From the IMG/VR virus record IMGVR_UViG_3300009780_000028, positions 1-27,806 of that record: 27,806 nt of DNA; one strand, given 5' to 3'. Positions 27,350 to 27,806 of this stretch are shown one piece after another. A program made the position numbers and the translations under genes. Position 1 is the first letter of the stretch; every line of letters starts with the position of its first letter. The notes beneath the pieces were generated by a model, which saw only the letters and a list, made by a program, of their open reading frames with translations, did not search any database and had not been told where the DNA came from. This DNA is from a virus.

Positions 27350-27806
27350 TGTCAAATTTACCTACAAATTCTTTTAAAATAAAATTATATGATGTTGAAA
27401 AATATAATACAAAATTAACAATAAAATTACCATTTCAAGAAAGATTAGGATTAAATATTTATGTTAGTGAAACACAACCTACAGCTTTAAATGTTGTAGA
27501 AGGCTCTATTTGGATTAAAAGACCAAATACTCAAGAAACAATATATATATTAGATAGAATTGATACAGACGAAGATTTTACAAATACCATTATTATATTA
27601 ACTAGAGATGGATTTGAAGAAGTTAATTTATATAGTGGTTTAGGTTTTACAACGTTATTGTCAATAAGACAAATTCAATATTCAAATGGTGACTTGGTTC
27701 AAATCCTTCCATATTGGATATATAGGGGCGGTCAGTGGTTTAGCAATTCTAATACTCTAACACAAGGAGTTAAAGTAAAAATAAAAAATAAAACATTAAA
27801 CTTGGA
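27349..27806 (+). CDS. Tail/baseplate protein, truncated by window end (MSNLPTNSFKIKLYDVEKYNTKLTIKLPFQ...)
   Basis: Hand translation: ATG 27349 overlaps previous stop (TAATG); frame open to the window end. Confidence 0.6.
   Translation, partial: MSNLPTNSFKIKLYDVEKYNTKLTIKLPFQERLGLNIYVSETQPTALNVVEGSIWIKRPNTQETIYILDRIDTDEDFTNTIIILTRDGFEEVNLYSGLGFTTLLSIRQIQYSNGDLVQILPYWIYRGGQWFSNSNTLTQGVKVKIKNKTLNL

Noticed and set aside
1-27806. CRISPR array, tRNA genes or diversity-generating retroelement (template/variable repeats)
   Set aside because: I scanned for regularly spaced repeats, tRNA cloverleaf/CCA-like sequences and RT motifs and saw none. The 7-bp closing stem at 14979 lacks tRNA T-loop and anticodon features.
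1-27806. Alternative genetic code (TGA or TAG reassignment), sometimes seen in AT-rich gut phages
   Set aside because: TGA ends real genes at 1424-1426 and 14980-14982, and TAG ends the partial gene at 359. Long ORFs are intact under code 11.

Overview
The window is the left-to-right structural module of an AT-rich, tailed (siphovirus-like) phage or prophage. All well-supported genes are on the + strand. The order is two Cys-rich small proteins, terminase large subunit, portal, prohead protease/scaffold-like, decoration-like, major capsid, connector genes, tail tube, Zn-ribbon protein, RusA, tail genes, tape measure (1731 aa), Dit-like, Tal-like and baseplate/fibre N-terminal proteins. Main observations: (1) The terminase large subunit gene is split by an ~1.9 kb element that combines a group I intron core (5' part) with an IS605-family tnpB (3' part) and a structured 3' region resembling an omegaRNA, i.e. 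an IStron. Perfect 16-bp inverted repeats lie near its ends, and tnpB is split by an apparent -1 frameshift at an A9 tract. (2) Just upstream of the tape measure gene are a full-length MBL/beta-CASP ribonuclease-like protein (CPSF73/COG1236-type motifs) and an 86-aa HPr-fold protein whose phospho-accepting His is replaced by Val. This pairing is unexpected in a tail module. (3) Several strong intergenic hairpins follow the capsid, tail tube, RusA and tape measure genes, including a 60-nt candidate three-way-junction RNA. (4) A recurrent GTTGGTGA-type motif replaces the canonical Shine-Dalgarno at many genes. No database search was possible, so all family calls rest on motifs, gene order and translated sequence.
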